From Lophium mytilinum (Eukaryota): a stretch of DNA of 64,000 bases. The notes under the pieces were generated by a model. The model did no database searches. It was given only the letters and a program-made list of their open reading frames with translations, and was not told the DNA's origin. This document shows, piece after piece, positions 12,671-24,587 of the stretch. Each line of letters begins with the position of its first letter. Positions within the stretch are counted from its first letter, which is position 1. The stretch lies in contig MU004183.1 in NCBI GenBank assembly GCA_010093605.1, positions 1,922,001 through 1,986,000 on the forward strand, given 5' to 3'. Position numbers and translations under genes: made by a program.

Positions 12671-15600
12671 ATGCGCCCTGCACACACATGCTTTAGAACC
12701 GCCCTGAATCGAGCCTTTTGCCCTTCTCCCCAGATTGCCTCAGGTGCCTGGGCGGTCCCTGATTTCCTTGCCCCGGCCGTTGTTACATCCCTTCACGCAT
12801 CAAGACGATCATTCACTCGCTCCTCTCGACGCCACTCGCACGAAACCGCGTCTGCTGCTCGACCCAAAAAGAATCGCAAAGAGCAGAAACCCCACGATGA
12901 CCCCCGGATACACCCAAGAGCTCAACACAAGTTCAAGATACCCCTACCCGAGGATGACCTTCGACAGGACGTGGAATCATGGCTCAAAGCCCTGGAGCCA
13001 TTCCTCCCAGCCGAATTGCGGCATGCCTCGTCGGAAAAGAATACGAAGCAGCCTCTGGCCCCAGCGATCGACTATGCCAGACTTATAACCGAAGCCCAGT
13101 CTTCCTCGCAGGACATATTGAGCCATCTGGGCATGGTCGAAGGACGGTGGAAAGTTGTAATATGGTTGATCAAATGCCTGGTGGAGGAAGGCTCTGTCTT
13201 GAAGAGATTACGCGGCGACCCCGAGACCTCTGGCAGTACAGCCTGGAAGGATTCTTCGTTGTCACTGAAAGAATTGACACAGTTTCCGATCTATGCCGAG
13301 AGGATACGAAAACCACAGAGGCTCAAGCGAAGCCTGAAGGAGCTCACTTCCGCTCCCGAAACAATTCAATACCTATCAAATATCATGACGGCGGCGCTTG
13401 GCCAGGTTTGGCGTAGTCTAGGATCCATGGTACTTGTGGCAGCAGAGGAACCCATATCGAGCGCATCTACAATTATGCCTCATGTGTTAGAGATCATAGC
13501 CTACCTCCATCACGTTGAGATGATCCCTCAGGCTATATACCGATACGCACCCGCTCGAGACCCTTTCACCCTACAACAGCCCCCGACTCTACACTTGCTA
13601 TCCTCGAGGATTCTTACATCGCTTTCTGACGCAACGTGGAGAGCCCACGAGGCGTCTTTACAACATGGCAAAACCCCAGCCAATTCTCAGTATTTTATGG
13701 GACACGAAATTCCTGGATCCCGGATCAAAATCACGGTGCCTCAGGTCGGCCCAGAAATATGGGTGGAGCTGGTTCTTTGGTCATGTCTCCATGGCGGCTG
13801 GATTCTAGATGGTGTGGCGATACTGGAGAAGCTCGCATCTTACAGCGACGACAAGCGTTGGTCTGTCATCTGCTGGCGGGACATTGTGGCGTCATCGCAA
13901 TCCGCTGGATCTCTCCAGGAGCCTAAGAACTGGGCAAGATTGGCTGCGGCATTTGAATACCCGAATCGTTCCTACACATCAGATCGAGGAGACAGACGCC
14001 TCGTTCAGCGGACTATAAGTAGTGAAGTAATTGCTGCTTTTGTGGACGGCGTAACAAACACTATGCGATTGGGGGTAGGGGCTCGAGGCAACGCGCCCGA
14101 TGACATTGTGCGTCATATCAAGAACCTCAAGCACCTCCTGGATCAAAACAATTTGAGCCTCGGCACATCTTCCTGGGATGGTATAATCCTCCGACTTCTG
14201 GAATCCCATGGAATTGTCCCAGACAAGCGCCCTTATGTCCTCTTAAATATACTCGATTTAAGTCAAGGATTTGGGAAAGAAATATCGTCAGCCAATGTCG
14301 CACTAGAGCCATCGCAGGGTCAACCCATTCCCAATTACGTCTTTGAGGCATCAGCAGCTGCTATTGGGTTGCTCCACAGAACGCTGCGAGCTTTCATCAA
14401 TGAGGGACATGTCGTTGGGGCCATGGTAACTCTCAACAAGCTACAGGAATACACGGACAACAACAAGATGGGTTCCGTGACAGCTTTTTTCCGGGCCCTG
14501 AAACACCAGCCCTCCACATCCGAGCACCAGTTTCAAAGCAATATTGGCCCTGTCGACTTCCCTGGATTCTATCCTCAAATACCTGTTCCTCTGCTGGCTG
14601 GTCTGCTTGACGTGTTAGCTAAGACGCATCTTTCGCGCATCTGTAAATGGCTCTTGTTCTCGGACGACCTAGATGGGCCATTGATCCCGCCCCAGATGTA
14701 CCGAGATCGAAGAATCACTCCTTCGATTATTCGGTATGGGACTATAGCTAAGAACAAGGAGTTGCTCATGAAGGTAGTGGAAGCAGTTGCCGTTCCTGGA
14801 CCAGGACAGCAAGGCGGGTTTGCTCGCCTTCCGGCAGAAGTTTTGTCGGCATTCCTTAACAGCCAAATCGAAGGCCGCCAGTGGGCATCCGTTAGTTCTA
14901 TCTCCCAGTATGCCTCCAGCAGCCCTGGATATCGCCCTAGAGCTGAGACGCTCGCAGTATTTGCCAGTAAAATGCTCTGGGAATCAGTGTACGCTTCAGA
15001 GACATCTAAATCGGAGACCGATAACACAGTCAAGACGCACTTTTCGAACCTCCTACACACGTGGCGTCAGAAAATCAAGGGCTTCTTGTTGGATGCTGAA
15101 CTCAACACTATTCTTGGCATTGTTTCTACTGTACATTCTGACTATCACGATTTCTGCGAGAGCTTTTGGACAGCCGTCGGCCGACAGCCTACCGTTATTG
15201 GCACTTCGGAATTCAACAAGATTTTGGAAGGAGTAGCTATAGGGTACGGCTCTATCGAAACGAAGCGTATCGTAGATCTCTGGTGCGACGTTCCTCCTGG
15301 CCCCGCGTACTGGCCGTTTCGCGCGCCTGGAGGGTTACCGACGATGTCGAAGTTCCGGCCCCCAAAAAGTCTCGAGTACCACAACAGACCGCGGGACATT
15401 GAGATTAATAGCTCAGTTAGTTTCCGAATGCTTACTTTTCGAGGGCGTGTGACTCCCAATATTCACACCTACCGGATTCTGCTGCGCAGAGCTCGGCAAG
15501 AGAAGAAGCGCCGAGAGAACAAGGGAATTGAGATGTCCTCGAGCGAGCACATGGAGCTCAAGAAAATGCTGGCATCAGTGGCTTATGCGCTGCGCAGCAT

Positions 15601-15727
15601 GGGGCTGGATCTCGCGGAGATATCGCACGAACTGGGTGTGCTGCAGAAGGATGCTGAGCTTCCGGCTGCTGAGTTCACACTTCCTGCTTTCAGCGGGTGG
15701 AACGAGGAGGAGCTGAGTGATGTATGA
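12671..15727 (+). CDS. Large conserved-type fungal protein, probably mitochondrial, alpha-helical/PPR-like
   Basis: Intronless 1018-aa ORF. Arg/Ser-rich, acid-poor N-terminus (RRSFTRSSRRHS) resembles a presequence. Late PPR-like segment PNIHTYRILLR. Function not established. Confidence 0.7.
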   Translation: MRPAHTCFRTALNRAFCPSPQIASGAWAVPDFLAPAVVTSLHASRRSFTRSSRRHSHETASAARPKKNRKEQKPHDDPRIHPRAQHKFKIPLPEDDLRQDVESWLKALEPFLPAELRHASSEKNTKQPLAPAIDYARLITEAQSSSQDILSHLGMVEGRWKVVIWLIKCLVEEGSVLKRLRGDPETSGSTAWKDSSLSLKELTQFPIYAERIRKPQRLKRSLKELTSAPETIQYLSNIMTAALGQVWRSLGSMVLVAAEEPISSASTIMPHVLEIIAYLHHVEMIPQAIYRYAPARDPFTLQQPPTLHLLSSRILTSLSDATWRAHEASLQHGKTPANSQYFMGHEIPGSRIKITVPQVGPEIWVELVLWSCLHGGWILDGVAILEKLASYSDDKRWSVICWRDIVASSQSAGSLQEPKNWARLAAAFEYPNRSYTSDRGDRRLVQRTISSEVIAAFVDGVTNTMRLGVGARGNAPDDIVRHIKNLKHLLDQNNLSLGTSSWDGIILRLLESHGIVPDKRPYVLLNILDLSQGFGKEISSANVALEPSQGQPIPNYVFEASAAAIGLLHRTLRAFINEGHVVGAMVTLNKLQEYTDNNKMGSVTAFFRALKHQPSTSEHQFQSNIGPVDFPGFYPQIPVPLLAGLLDVLAKTHLSRICKWLLFSDDLDGPLIPPQMYRDRRITPSIIRYGTIAKNKELLMKVVEAVAVPGPGQQGGFARLPAEVLSAFLNSQIEGRQWASVSSISQYASSSPGYRPRAETLAVFASKMLWESVYASETSKSETDNTVKTHFSNLLHTWRQKIKGFLLDAELNTILGIVSTVHSDYHDFCESFWTAVGRQPTVIGTSEFNKILEGVAIGYGSIETKRIVDLWCDVPPGPAYWPFRAPGGLPTMSKFRPPKSLEYHNRPRDIEINSSVSFRMLTFRGRVTPNIHTYRILLRRARQEKKRRENKGIEMSSSEHMELKKMLASVAYALRSMGLDLAEISHELGVLQKDAELPAAEFTLPAFSGWNEEELSDV

Positions 15728-17739
15728 ATATTTACTGTGATATCATAGAAATGATGTATACAAGAAGATTTACTGTACACTTTTGCTTGTAAAAAGCTCG
15801 TCTACTTGCCTCCCCTGTAGCCCATCCATCGTCAACCAACTGACGTGCGAATTCGTTATCACGTGCCGTCTCATCCTCCAACCGCCGCGATTGGAACCCT
15901 GGAACCGCTCACGCCTAAACTCGATTCTCACTTCTAATTTGGGCCATCACCGCAGCCATGCACTACGTAATGTGCTTTCACCCAGGATAATCGTCTACGC
16001 GCCCAGACTTCGCTGTCGCTGGCTGGCAAGATGCATTGCCTAGGCGGGACTCCGTACTTGCGACGCGCGCCCATGTCCAATGCGAAACCGCCACGGACGC
16101 CCGAAGCAGAAGGCGGCATCCGACACGTCGAGAGTTGGGCGAGGGGCGGAGCAGTTCTGCTGGGCTGGGTGGCCTGGTTGGCACGGTGGAGAATGCGTGT
16201 TAGTGGGGATTTTCGCGGTGCAGCGAGGCTAGACGCATGCAAGCCAAAGCTGACCTCGCCTCTTCGCCCTCTCACGAATCCACCACAGCTATAAAATATC
16301 TCTTGAGACTTGAGAATAGATTTAGGGAGACGAGAGCTCTTTTAGACTGGTGAGACAGACCTGCAGAGAACCCCTCTGCCCCGCGGTTCGCAACGGCAGA
16401 CGGCCCGCAACATTGAATAGGTGCAAAAATATGCACACACACCGCCTTTTTGCGAGGCGCCAATGACAGCATGTGATCTGGGCGCTGGCGGGGCAGTTGA
16501 GGGCAGCCCGCGGCGTTGACGTCGCTGTTGAGGCGATCCTGAAGGCGCCAGGGGAGAGTCCGACGAGATACGTAACAGCGCTTAAGGAAGAACTACGTGT
16601 CAGTCCGAAGAGGTTGATCTGGATGAGGATGAAGACGGAGACAGCATTTGGGAGCGCGGAAGCTGTGCATGAGGCTGACGGCGGAACTCTGGGCGCGCGG
16701 CTGGTGGCGTAGGGGGCTCTGAGCGAGGCCGTTGGGTGTTTTAAACTCAGGGATTCTGCCGCCCACAGTGGTGCAGGGCAGCTGGATGCGCGTGCGCCAG
16801 GCCCACGAGCGGTTAGCATGGTGGGGAACAGTCCGATCCGTCATGGCGTTCCAAGGTTGCCAGATGTCTGGTGGAGCGGCACGCGATGATGGCGAGACTG
16901 TGCGAGACTCCACGTTCTCCAGAGACAAAACGTGGTTGAGTCGCATATTGCCATGGCCTAGTAGCCGGGCGACTGTCCATGCCATTACGGTCTTGGCCAG
17001 GTGAATAGTAATTGCATGTGGCTGTGGGTGATGTCGCTCGTATGACTCTGCTGGCCTGCCTGGCTCACCGCTAGGCGCAGCGCTAGCCCCGTTGTAGCTA
17101 GCCCGATGGGAACATTTTTGAGCAAATCTGTCGCCCACCATCCTCTCTCTCCTCTGCAACCACCCCCACAGACAACGAAGTCGCAATACAATTCTACTAC
17201 GGATTATCACTCAAGCACACACTACCCATCTTCGTCGAGAACAATGCCGCAGGCAATCGCTGAGCTGTAAATCCCCACTGGAGGCCGCATCACCGTGTGG
17301 TCTCCAGTCCGGCCCAGCCCACCGAGATATTCAACGACTCTACGACGATTTACCCCTCAATTCTAGGAGCAAACTGCTTCTGGCCCGCCCATTGAGACGA
17401 CGAATCGCCAGTCTGCACGAATAGTGTAGTCCGCCCGCAGCCGCGCATCGCACGCTGTGAGATCGGCCTCACTCCCACTATCGACGAACTTTACGACTCG
17501 AATACCCCTACTCAAGACATTCGAGCCGCACAGAATATACAACCATACCAATTGATCGTCCGTAGACGTTCGCCCTCCCTGACAGAAAACCCCCCTCCGT
17601 CGGCTTTCTCTCCCACCACCTCCCACCCGCAAGTAGACTTCGTATCTCCAAACTCCAACCCAGAGTCCGAGAAAGGACCCCTACTATTACCTAATATCTT
17701 CTCGCCATACCTGCCGTATTGATACCACCCCTTTACCTT

Positions 17740-20123
17740 ATGGCACACTCCCACATTCACAGATCGGCACCAGTCGACATTGGCGGCCATCTGATGCACG
17801 AGCATGGGCCGTCCTACGATGCAATGAACGACTCTCCAAAGCGAGACCAGCGTACGCCCGCACCTAGCAGCGTGGCGCAGAAAACCAATGGTGCCCACGA
17901 GGGCACACAGTCCTCCGAGGACCAAGAAAATGATGGGGAAGAACCCGACAGTAGCGCGGACCAGGATGTTGATGATGATGCGGAAGAACCGGACGTCATG
18001 GCCCCGTCCTACGGCATGGGAAAAGGCAAGGGGAAGCGCCCAGCTATTTGTGTCGAGCCTGTCGTCGATGAAGATGACGATGACGAAGAGGTTCCTCTCC
18101 GGGGGACGGGGCCCGCAGGCGGTAAGAGTCTTTTCATACCCGTTCAAGGACGAGAGAAGAAGCGCACTTTCAGCAATGTTAGCACCAGCTCTGTTCTGTT
18201 TGACTCGGAAGAGATGAGTGGTTTCCCGAGGAGGAAGATGCCGAGACGCTTGAGCAACAGCAGCACCAGGGGATTGTTGACATATAAAGAGCCGGTGATT
18301 GGAGCAGAATCCGACTCAGATGTTGTTGCTGCGTTTGAGAGTGCCATTGACAGTGGTGATGAAGAAGCCCAGGCGGGCGCTGAAGAGCCGGGATTCGATG
18401 ACGAAGATTATAGCGGCGTTCTTGAAGTCAGTGATGATTCAGACGTCGAGGAGGAATTAGAGCGCCAGGACGAACAGTGGCTCATTGCCGAGGCGGAACT
18501 AATGCCCGGCGCATATAGTCTCGACAGACGCTTCAGTGTGGACAGCGACGCGTTCAACGTGCTTGAGAGCAATCTCCTCGCAGAAGACATGCCGGATGTT
18601 GACTTCCACGACTTCTTCAGTCGTCCTGATACACCTGATGCGCCAGCTGGTCGGAAGTACTCGTCCAGCTCAACCAAACGCGTTCGATTCGATGATGATG
18701 TTAACATCTCCGACAGCTCAAGCTCAGATGATTCAGACGCGGAGGAGTCAATGTTCCCGGATCTCTTCATGCCTCAAGACAAGCTTGATCCTGACTTTCG
18801 TATGCTAATCGAGAACGACGAGGATGAAGCTGGAAGCCTCGCATCGGACGATAGCGAGGCTTCTTACTGGTCTCTTGGTGATGGTCAAGGCTTTGCAGGT
18901 CGCAACCCTACACCTCATCTTGCTAATATGGACGACGATTCCGATACTGAAGCGGGCTCAAGCGACTATGATTGTACGATTGCGTCTCGCCACTTCGTTA
19001 ATATTGCTAACAATTCCTAGCCGACTCAGGTGACACTACTGATGAAGAAGATTTTGAGCCGATGCCAGTTGTACAGGCCCCACAATCCGTCCTTCGCCGA
19101 CCATCGTCATCTGCCAGCGACAAGCCTGCTACTCCTCAGCCCTTTCAGAGATCGTCGAGAACCCGGTACTCTGCACGCCAAGTCTCTTCTCGCCAGATCT
19201 CTTCCCGCAACCTCGCCGCTCGTCGTCCAGCCGCTGGTCAGCATGGACCACCACGCTGCGGCGTCTTTACCCACGATGATTGGAGCAAAGCAATTGCGGT
19301 CACGAATCGTACCACCGAACTGACCACCTATTATCGACCTCGTCGCCAGTTGACTGGTCGACATGCCAACTATGATCCAAGTAGCATGTCGAGCTCCACT
19401 AACAACAGCCCGCGCAACTCAATGCAGGCCTTCCCTGATGATAGTGACTATAGTGAATTTGTTCCTCACTCAATGGTACCATCGGACATAATGCTAAGTG
19501 GCGTCTTTGGAGCTGCTCCTGACAGCATTGTCAACTTTGGTGGACAAGTTTTCGGCCCCCCGGAGGCCTTCTATCCCTTTGTGAACTTTGATTCACATGG
19601 AGAACTGATGATAGATGATGACGACGACTCCGACTACTCTGACGACGACGTCGACATCACCGATCTTGTGGACTTTGGAGACGACCCCGACGAGACTGAT
19701 GCTGCAGAGGAAATCGATGTTCCTGCTACTCCGGCGATGTCGATGATCGCTTACGCTGGGTCTACACCTGCCCAGCCGTCATCTCCCAGTCACGCAAGCA
19801 CACCGGTGCAGCATCGACGTAATGCTTCCGACGCGATGCTGGAACACTTTGACCGCGCAGGTGGCGTCGTCACGGCATTCCGCAATAATCAGAACCGGTT
19901 CAGAGACTTTGCTCGTCTGCCTTTCGATCCAAACCAGCGAGCTTCTGCGTCGAGGCCAGTACGCTCGGGACGGTCGGCAGATACGCTCATATCGCCTTTG
20001 AGAAAAAAGGGTTCTATCTCGAAAAGGATTGCTGGGCCACCCTTGTTCAGTGGCGTTGCGAAGTCGAGGAGTGAGACGCCGCATCGGGTTGCAAGGGGCC
20101 CGTCTGCTGGGACGTTTGCTTGA
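17740..20123 (+). CDS. Acidic low-complexity nuclear protein, Ifh1/Crf1-like
   Basis: Intron 18974-19020 joins two ORFs and produces SSDYDSDSGDTTDEEDF. Other features are an NLS-like KRVRF, DDEDYSGV and VFGPPEAFYPF blocks, and a C-terminal SPLRKK. Confidence 0.7.
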
Positions 20124-21363
20124 GAAACCAACTTACTCGACACCCATCCACTCTTAATACCCCTACCTAAACCATGTCACCCCCGCCGTTCTCGATTCAA
20201 GTTTCGTCAACCCCCGGAGTCCGTTCTTAGGAGTACGCTTTCGAAGGAAGATTTCACGGAAGAAACGAATATCACGATGAAACGGCCACGATTATCAAAA
20301 GCTTTTCAGGACGTCATGTCGTGTGTTGCTTACCCAGTTCCAGTTTCTGCTTCATGTTACAAAAGTCTCCTTTATCATATTTTCCTCTTCTTTGAGTCCC
20401 TTTTGGCGGCGCAAAGACGGCGGTCGGCGTCGGAGCTACGCGAAGATGGGGCTTGGTTCAATTCGATTTGTTGCGACACTTTTAGTACTGGCAGGCCGCA
20501 TCTCTCTCATGTAAAGGAGGGGATGTCGTGACGGTAATTTTTTCTTTTGTGTTGTTGGTATCTGCATGTTTCAAATGGTTCTTTCTTTCTGTTTCTGTTT
20601 CCCTTTCCTTTGCAGGTGGTGTGGTTTGCTTGTCTCCTTATCTTCTTTCTTTCCCACGGACCGGACCTACCTTATTCGCGCTTGCTACCCTTTTGAAGAA
20701 ATGATGATTCGAATGGTATACGATAAGGGATATGCATTTTATGGCTCGGCGACCGGACTTGCACTAGCATTGGTACTCAGGGGATGGGGCTGGCGGCGCT
20801 TGAAGGCTTTCGCATTCGGAGTCTCGGCTGGCTGGGGATGGGCATGGCTGGAATAGTGATGAGTGAGTGAGTGTAGGAGTAGGTCTGAGTAGGTCGAGAG
20901 GAATTAAAACACATCTTAAACTCTATGTGTTGTGTGTGTGATGTGATGCGTCGATGTCTGCAAGGTACTTCAACTGGCATGAGCAACTTCGTGTAGACGA
21001 TAAATGAGCAGTGAGGTATCTACGTGCGGTGGAATAAACGATGCCTTGTCTTATTTTTAAGTGCCTTGACGCATCCTAGAAGCTTTGATGAGTGAGCCCT
21101 GAGAGCTTAAGTCGGAGGAATTTCACATGCTGACCGTCCGCCGTTTTGCCCCTGTATAGGTGCTTCAGCATCTCATCGCAAATCAGGGCAACATGAAAAG
21201 GACGGCGAGCCTAAACTTGTGTCCTAGTATTGTAATATATGACTGATAAATGATGGTCGCAACCCCCCTGCAAGCTTCAACCGACGTCACCTCACCTCCG
21301 ACACGTGAAAACCATCGCGACAACAACTCTCCTTTCACCACTCCCCCCACAACACGCCCCGAA

Positions 21364-22865
21364 ATGGCCTCCCCGGAAGACGACCCCTACGAACCGAGCG
21401 GTCTCATCGCAACAATTAAAGTACGCATCTCCTATCTCCGCCAATCGCTACCAACCCAACTAACCACCGAGACCCCCAGACCACCCTCCTCACGCCCCCG
21501 CGCCTCCTCCTCTCCCGCACCTCCCTGCGCACCTACCTCCGCACCCTCCTCCTCCTCCTCGCCGCCCTCGCCCTCTTCGCCACCGCCCTCGCCGCCTATG
21601 CCAGCTTCTACTACGCCTACGTGCCCGCGCGCGGCTTCACCCTCCCCGTGCACCTGCGCTTCGACGACAGCTACCTCGACGCATGGAGCCCGGACCGCCC
21701 GCCTCGCGGACATGGAAGCAGCGGCGGGGTGTTCGAGAGCGTCGTGGGGCACAAACCCGCGCCGCTCGCAGAATGGGTGTGTCCGGCGGGCGTGGTGCCG
21801 CTGGCGAAAGGCAGCGTCGCGAGCGAGCAGCGGTACGATGTTAGCGTGACGCTGGACCTGCCGCGGTCGGCGCAGAACCTCGGGGTGGGGAATTTTATGG
21901 TGGAGGTGGCGTTGCTGGGACCTGGGGGGGAGGAGCAGGTGCTGGTTAGTGGGCAGCGGGCGGCGATGTTGACGTATAGGAGCTGGTTGGTGGAGACGGC
22001 GTGGCGAGTGACGCGGTTGCCGTGGTATGTGGTGGGGTGGCGGGTGGAGAGCGAGCGGGTGCGGGTGCGGGTGCTGGAGGGGGTGAGGTTTGAGAAGGGG
22101 TGGCGGGGGCAGCCGGGGGGTGTGAGGGTGGAGGTTAGGAGTGGGCGGGGGAGGGTGTTGCAGGTTTATGGGGTTAGTGTGGAGCTTAGGGCGAGGTTTG
22201 AGGGGTTGAGGTATGTTTATTCTCACTGGGTGTTTTCTGTCCGACTCGTTTTGCGTGTCTTACTTTGGACTGAGTTGTGCCATGAGGGCATTGAAGGGAC
22301 TCCGTTGGCTGGTTTCTTTCAAATGAGTAGAGGAGTATGGCTAATTATAGTGTCTAGATACATCATGTACAACCACCGCGTCATCTCCCTCATAGTCTTC
22401 ACAGGCCTCTTCTGGTCCGTCGAAATGGCCTTCCTCCTCCTCACATGGGGCCTCTTCACGCTCTTCTTCTCTAGCTCTACTTCACAATCACAAGCAAAAA
22501 TAGAACCCAAAAATCAACGCCAATCCATAAAAGCCGACCCCGACGCCCCTTCAGAAGACGCCGAATTCCTCTCCGACGCTTCCCGCACCTTCCCCACTTT
22601 CTCGCGACAGCCGCCCCTGCGGTACTCAACACCACGTGTTAAAGAAGAGGAGGATGAACGCGCATTGGAAGATCTGCCGCCACGAACGCCAGGGGATGCA
22701 GATGATGAAGATGAGGACGAAGACGCAGACTTCGTGCTGGATGAGACGCCAATGATGGGCGGCACGATGGAGGATTCGGGCCTCGGTACGAGTATGGAGA
22801 GTGGTGTTGAAGGACGAGGCATTGTGAGGAGGAGATCTGGGGGCCCGGGTAAGGACAGGGCCTGA
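21364..22865 (+). CDS. SEI1: Seipin (lipid-droplet biogenesis protein)
   Basis: Introns 21421-21479 and ~22211-22358. TM1 is followed by FYYAYVP..PVHLRFD; QRYDVSVTLDLPRSAQNLGVGNFMV; ARFEGLRYIMYNHRVIS precedes TM2. These are canonical seipin motifs. Confidence 0.92.
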
Positions 22866-22918
22866 GTAAGGCATGGCTGGAGTAAGACATGGCTGGAGTA
22901 AGACATGGCTGGCGTAAG
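22865..22918. repeat. 16-bp tandem repeat (GAGTAAGRCATGGCTG) x ~3.4 directly after the seipin stop codon
   Basis: gagtaaggcatggctg gagtaagacatggctg gagtaagacatggctg gcgtaa, read directly from the sequence. Confidence 0.9.
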
Positions 22919-23295
22919 GTTGACAAGAAGTATACCCATATTTGATATCCAAGCTGTCGTGTTTCTGAACGTTTCGTATGTACGCTTTCACGAAAATCAG
23001 TTTCCATACGCCTCGGATGCGGCTGCGTGGGCTGATCTTCTATATTTTCAAGAGAAAACAGCGGTGTTTGAGAGAAAAGAACGAAGTTAGACGAAATAAC
23101 GAGGTAAGTCACTTAGTTCTCTATTTGAGTACTGGCCGATGATGTCGTCTGAGGTGGCTTGGTACGTTTACACGTCGTTCATCACGATCTGCTTGTGCCT
23201 TGTTCAAGTCAACTAAAAATTACACTGTGTACATTCAGATATCGATGCCAGCGTCTAAATCCTCCGAACTTCTGCTCTAGTGCTATAGGAAATGG

Positions 23296-24587
23296 TCATG
23301 GATTTCGATGCTGTGTTCCTTCTACCAATTCGCTTTCATCATCAATCACATGGCCCAAGCTCCCTCGAACTAGACTTTCCGACCCAACCTCAACCGGCCT
23401 CTCGTGCGTAGGAAGCTCATAGAAAATGGCAGGAGGGCTATCCATCTCGTGAGAATTTAGAGACTGGTAGTTCACTTCTGCCCCGTCAAGCTCGGGTTTC
23501 CCGTTTTCGGATTCCGATTTGGTCGATTTCGCGGTTTTGAGGGCGTGCCGCAATCTCCGGACGTACATACCGATTCCTAGCAGAAGCAACAAGACAAAGC
23601 AGATAACTCCAACGGCGATGCCTGCTATGGAACCTTTGGAGAGCCCCGGGGATACCAAATTAACCGCCTGGAGATTTGTGGTCGTCGGCCCAGCGATGTT
23701 GGAAGTGGAGCCTGCGGAAGCTGCACTTTGGAAGAGATCGAGGACGGCAATGTCGGTGGCTTGCCAGGCTACCGTCACGCCTGCGGCATATATGGCTGTG
23801 ATGTTGTCATAAGCGTAAAATCCTCCGGTGGTGGTGACACTACTGGTGATCGTTGTCGGAGTGGTAACCGGAAAACTAAGCGAATAGGAGGTGCCGTCGA
23901 TCCATAAATTTGAGCTTTGATCCAACGAGAATATATAACCATTGTAGCTCTCTTCATGTCCCCCAGGGGTCAGTGCAGAACCGCTTCCAATGTCGACTGA
24001 TGAAGGCAGGACATACACCACAACTTTGAGGCCGAAAGCTCCGGCGAGTGTGGTCGCCACCTTGCTAGTGCCCTGCCTTACGGACTCTGTCAAAGAGAGC
24101 ACCAACGGCGCAGCATAAAAAGCCGTCTGATCTGCAGGCAGATCACTGACGCATCCAATATTGCTCGAACGCCTCTGGGGACAACTATATCCACTTCAAC
24201 CGGTCAGATTCTCCTCACTTGGACTGCGAATCACGTGACTGAGTCAATCACTTACGACGGACAACATATCTGCATAGTCAGGCCTGCCGGGAACTCTGAC
24301 ACCCCAAGGCTTGGATCGCATGCTGTTGAATATCCCAGAGGACACGCGGCTGGCGAATAATATCGAAGGTAGACAGTGTCGGCGTTGTTCGCGGCATCAG
24401 TTGTTCGTGGCGGAGAGCAATTTTGCGCTGCTTCGATGCCAAAAAGCGAGCCTATGAAAGCTTGGAAGAGGGCTGTTGATGTTGATGAAGGGGGCGAGGT
24501 GCTCGCTATCCAGGCATTGCCGCATGCATACGGCGCGTCGAATGTTGTTGTTAGTTCGCCTACGCAAAGTGGCTTCGAAGTGGGCAT
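23296..24587 (-). CDS. Single-pass membrane protein with Cys-rich/Thr-rich ectodomain
   Basis: Intron 24194-24255. Motifs LTTTFDAPYAC, YYSPAACPLGY, ICCPSGYSC, VAWQATD, the TM segment GLSKGSIAGIAVGVICFVLLLLLGIGMYVRR and a cytosolic KPELDG/YELP. Confidence 0.8.

Noticed and set aside
16130..16141. AGAGTTGGGC resembling vertebrate telomerase P6.1
   Set aside because: The 3' strand (TCT) needed to close P6.1 is absent; likely coincidence.
15934..17210. Several 65-205 aa ORFs on both strands
   Set aside because: Low-complexity Arg/Ala/Pro/Ser composition, mostly non-ATG starts, no motifs; expected in GC-rich non-coding DNA.
21250..22226. Overlapping Pro/Ser- and His/Pro-rich ORFs
   Set aside because: By-products of the C/G skew in the seipin exon.
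22865..22918. Possible CRISPR-like array
   Set aside because: Contiguous tandem repeat without spacers in a eukaryotic 3' UTR.
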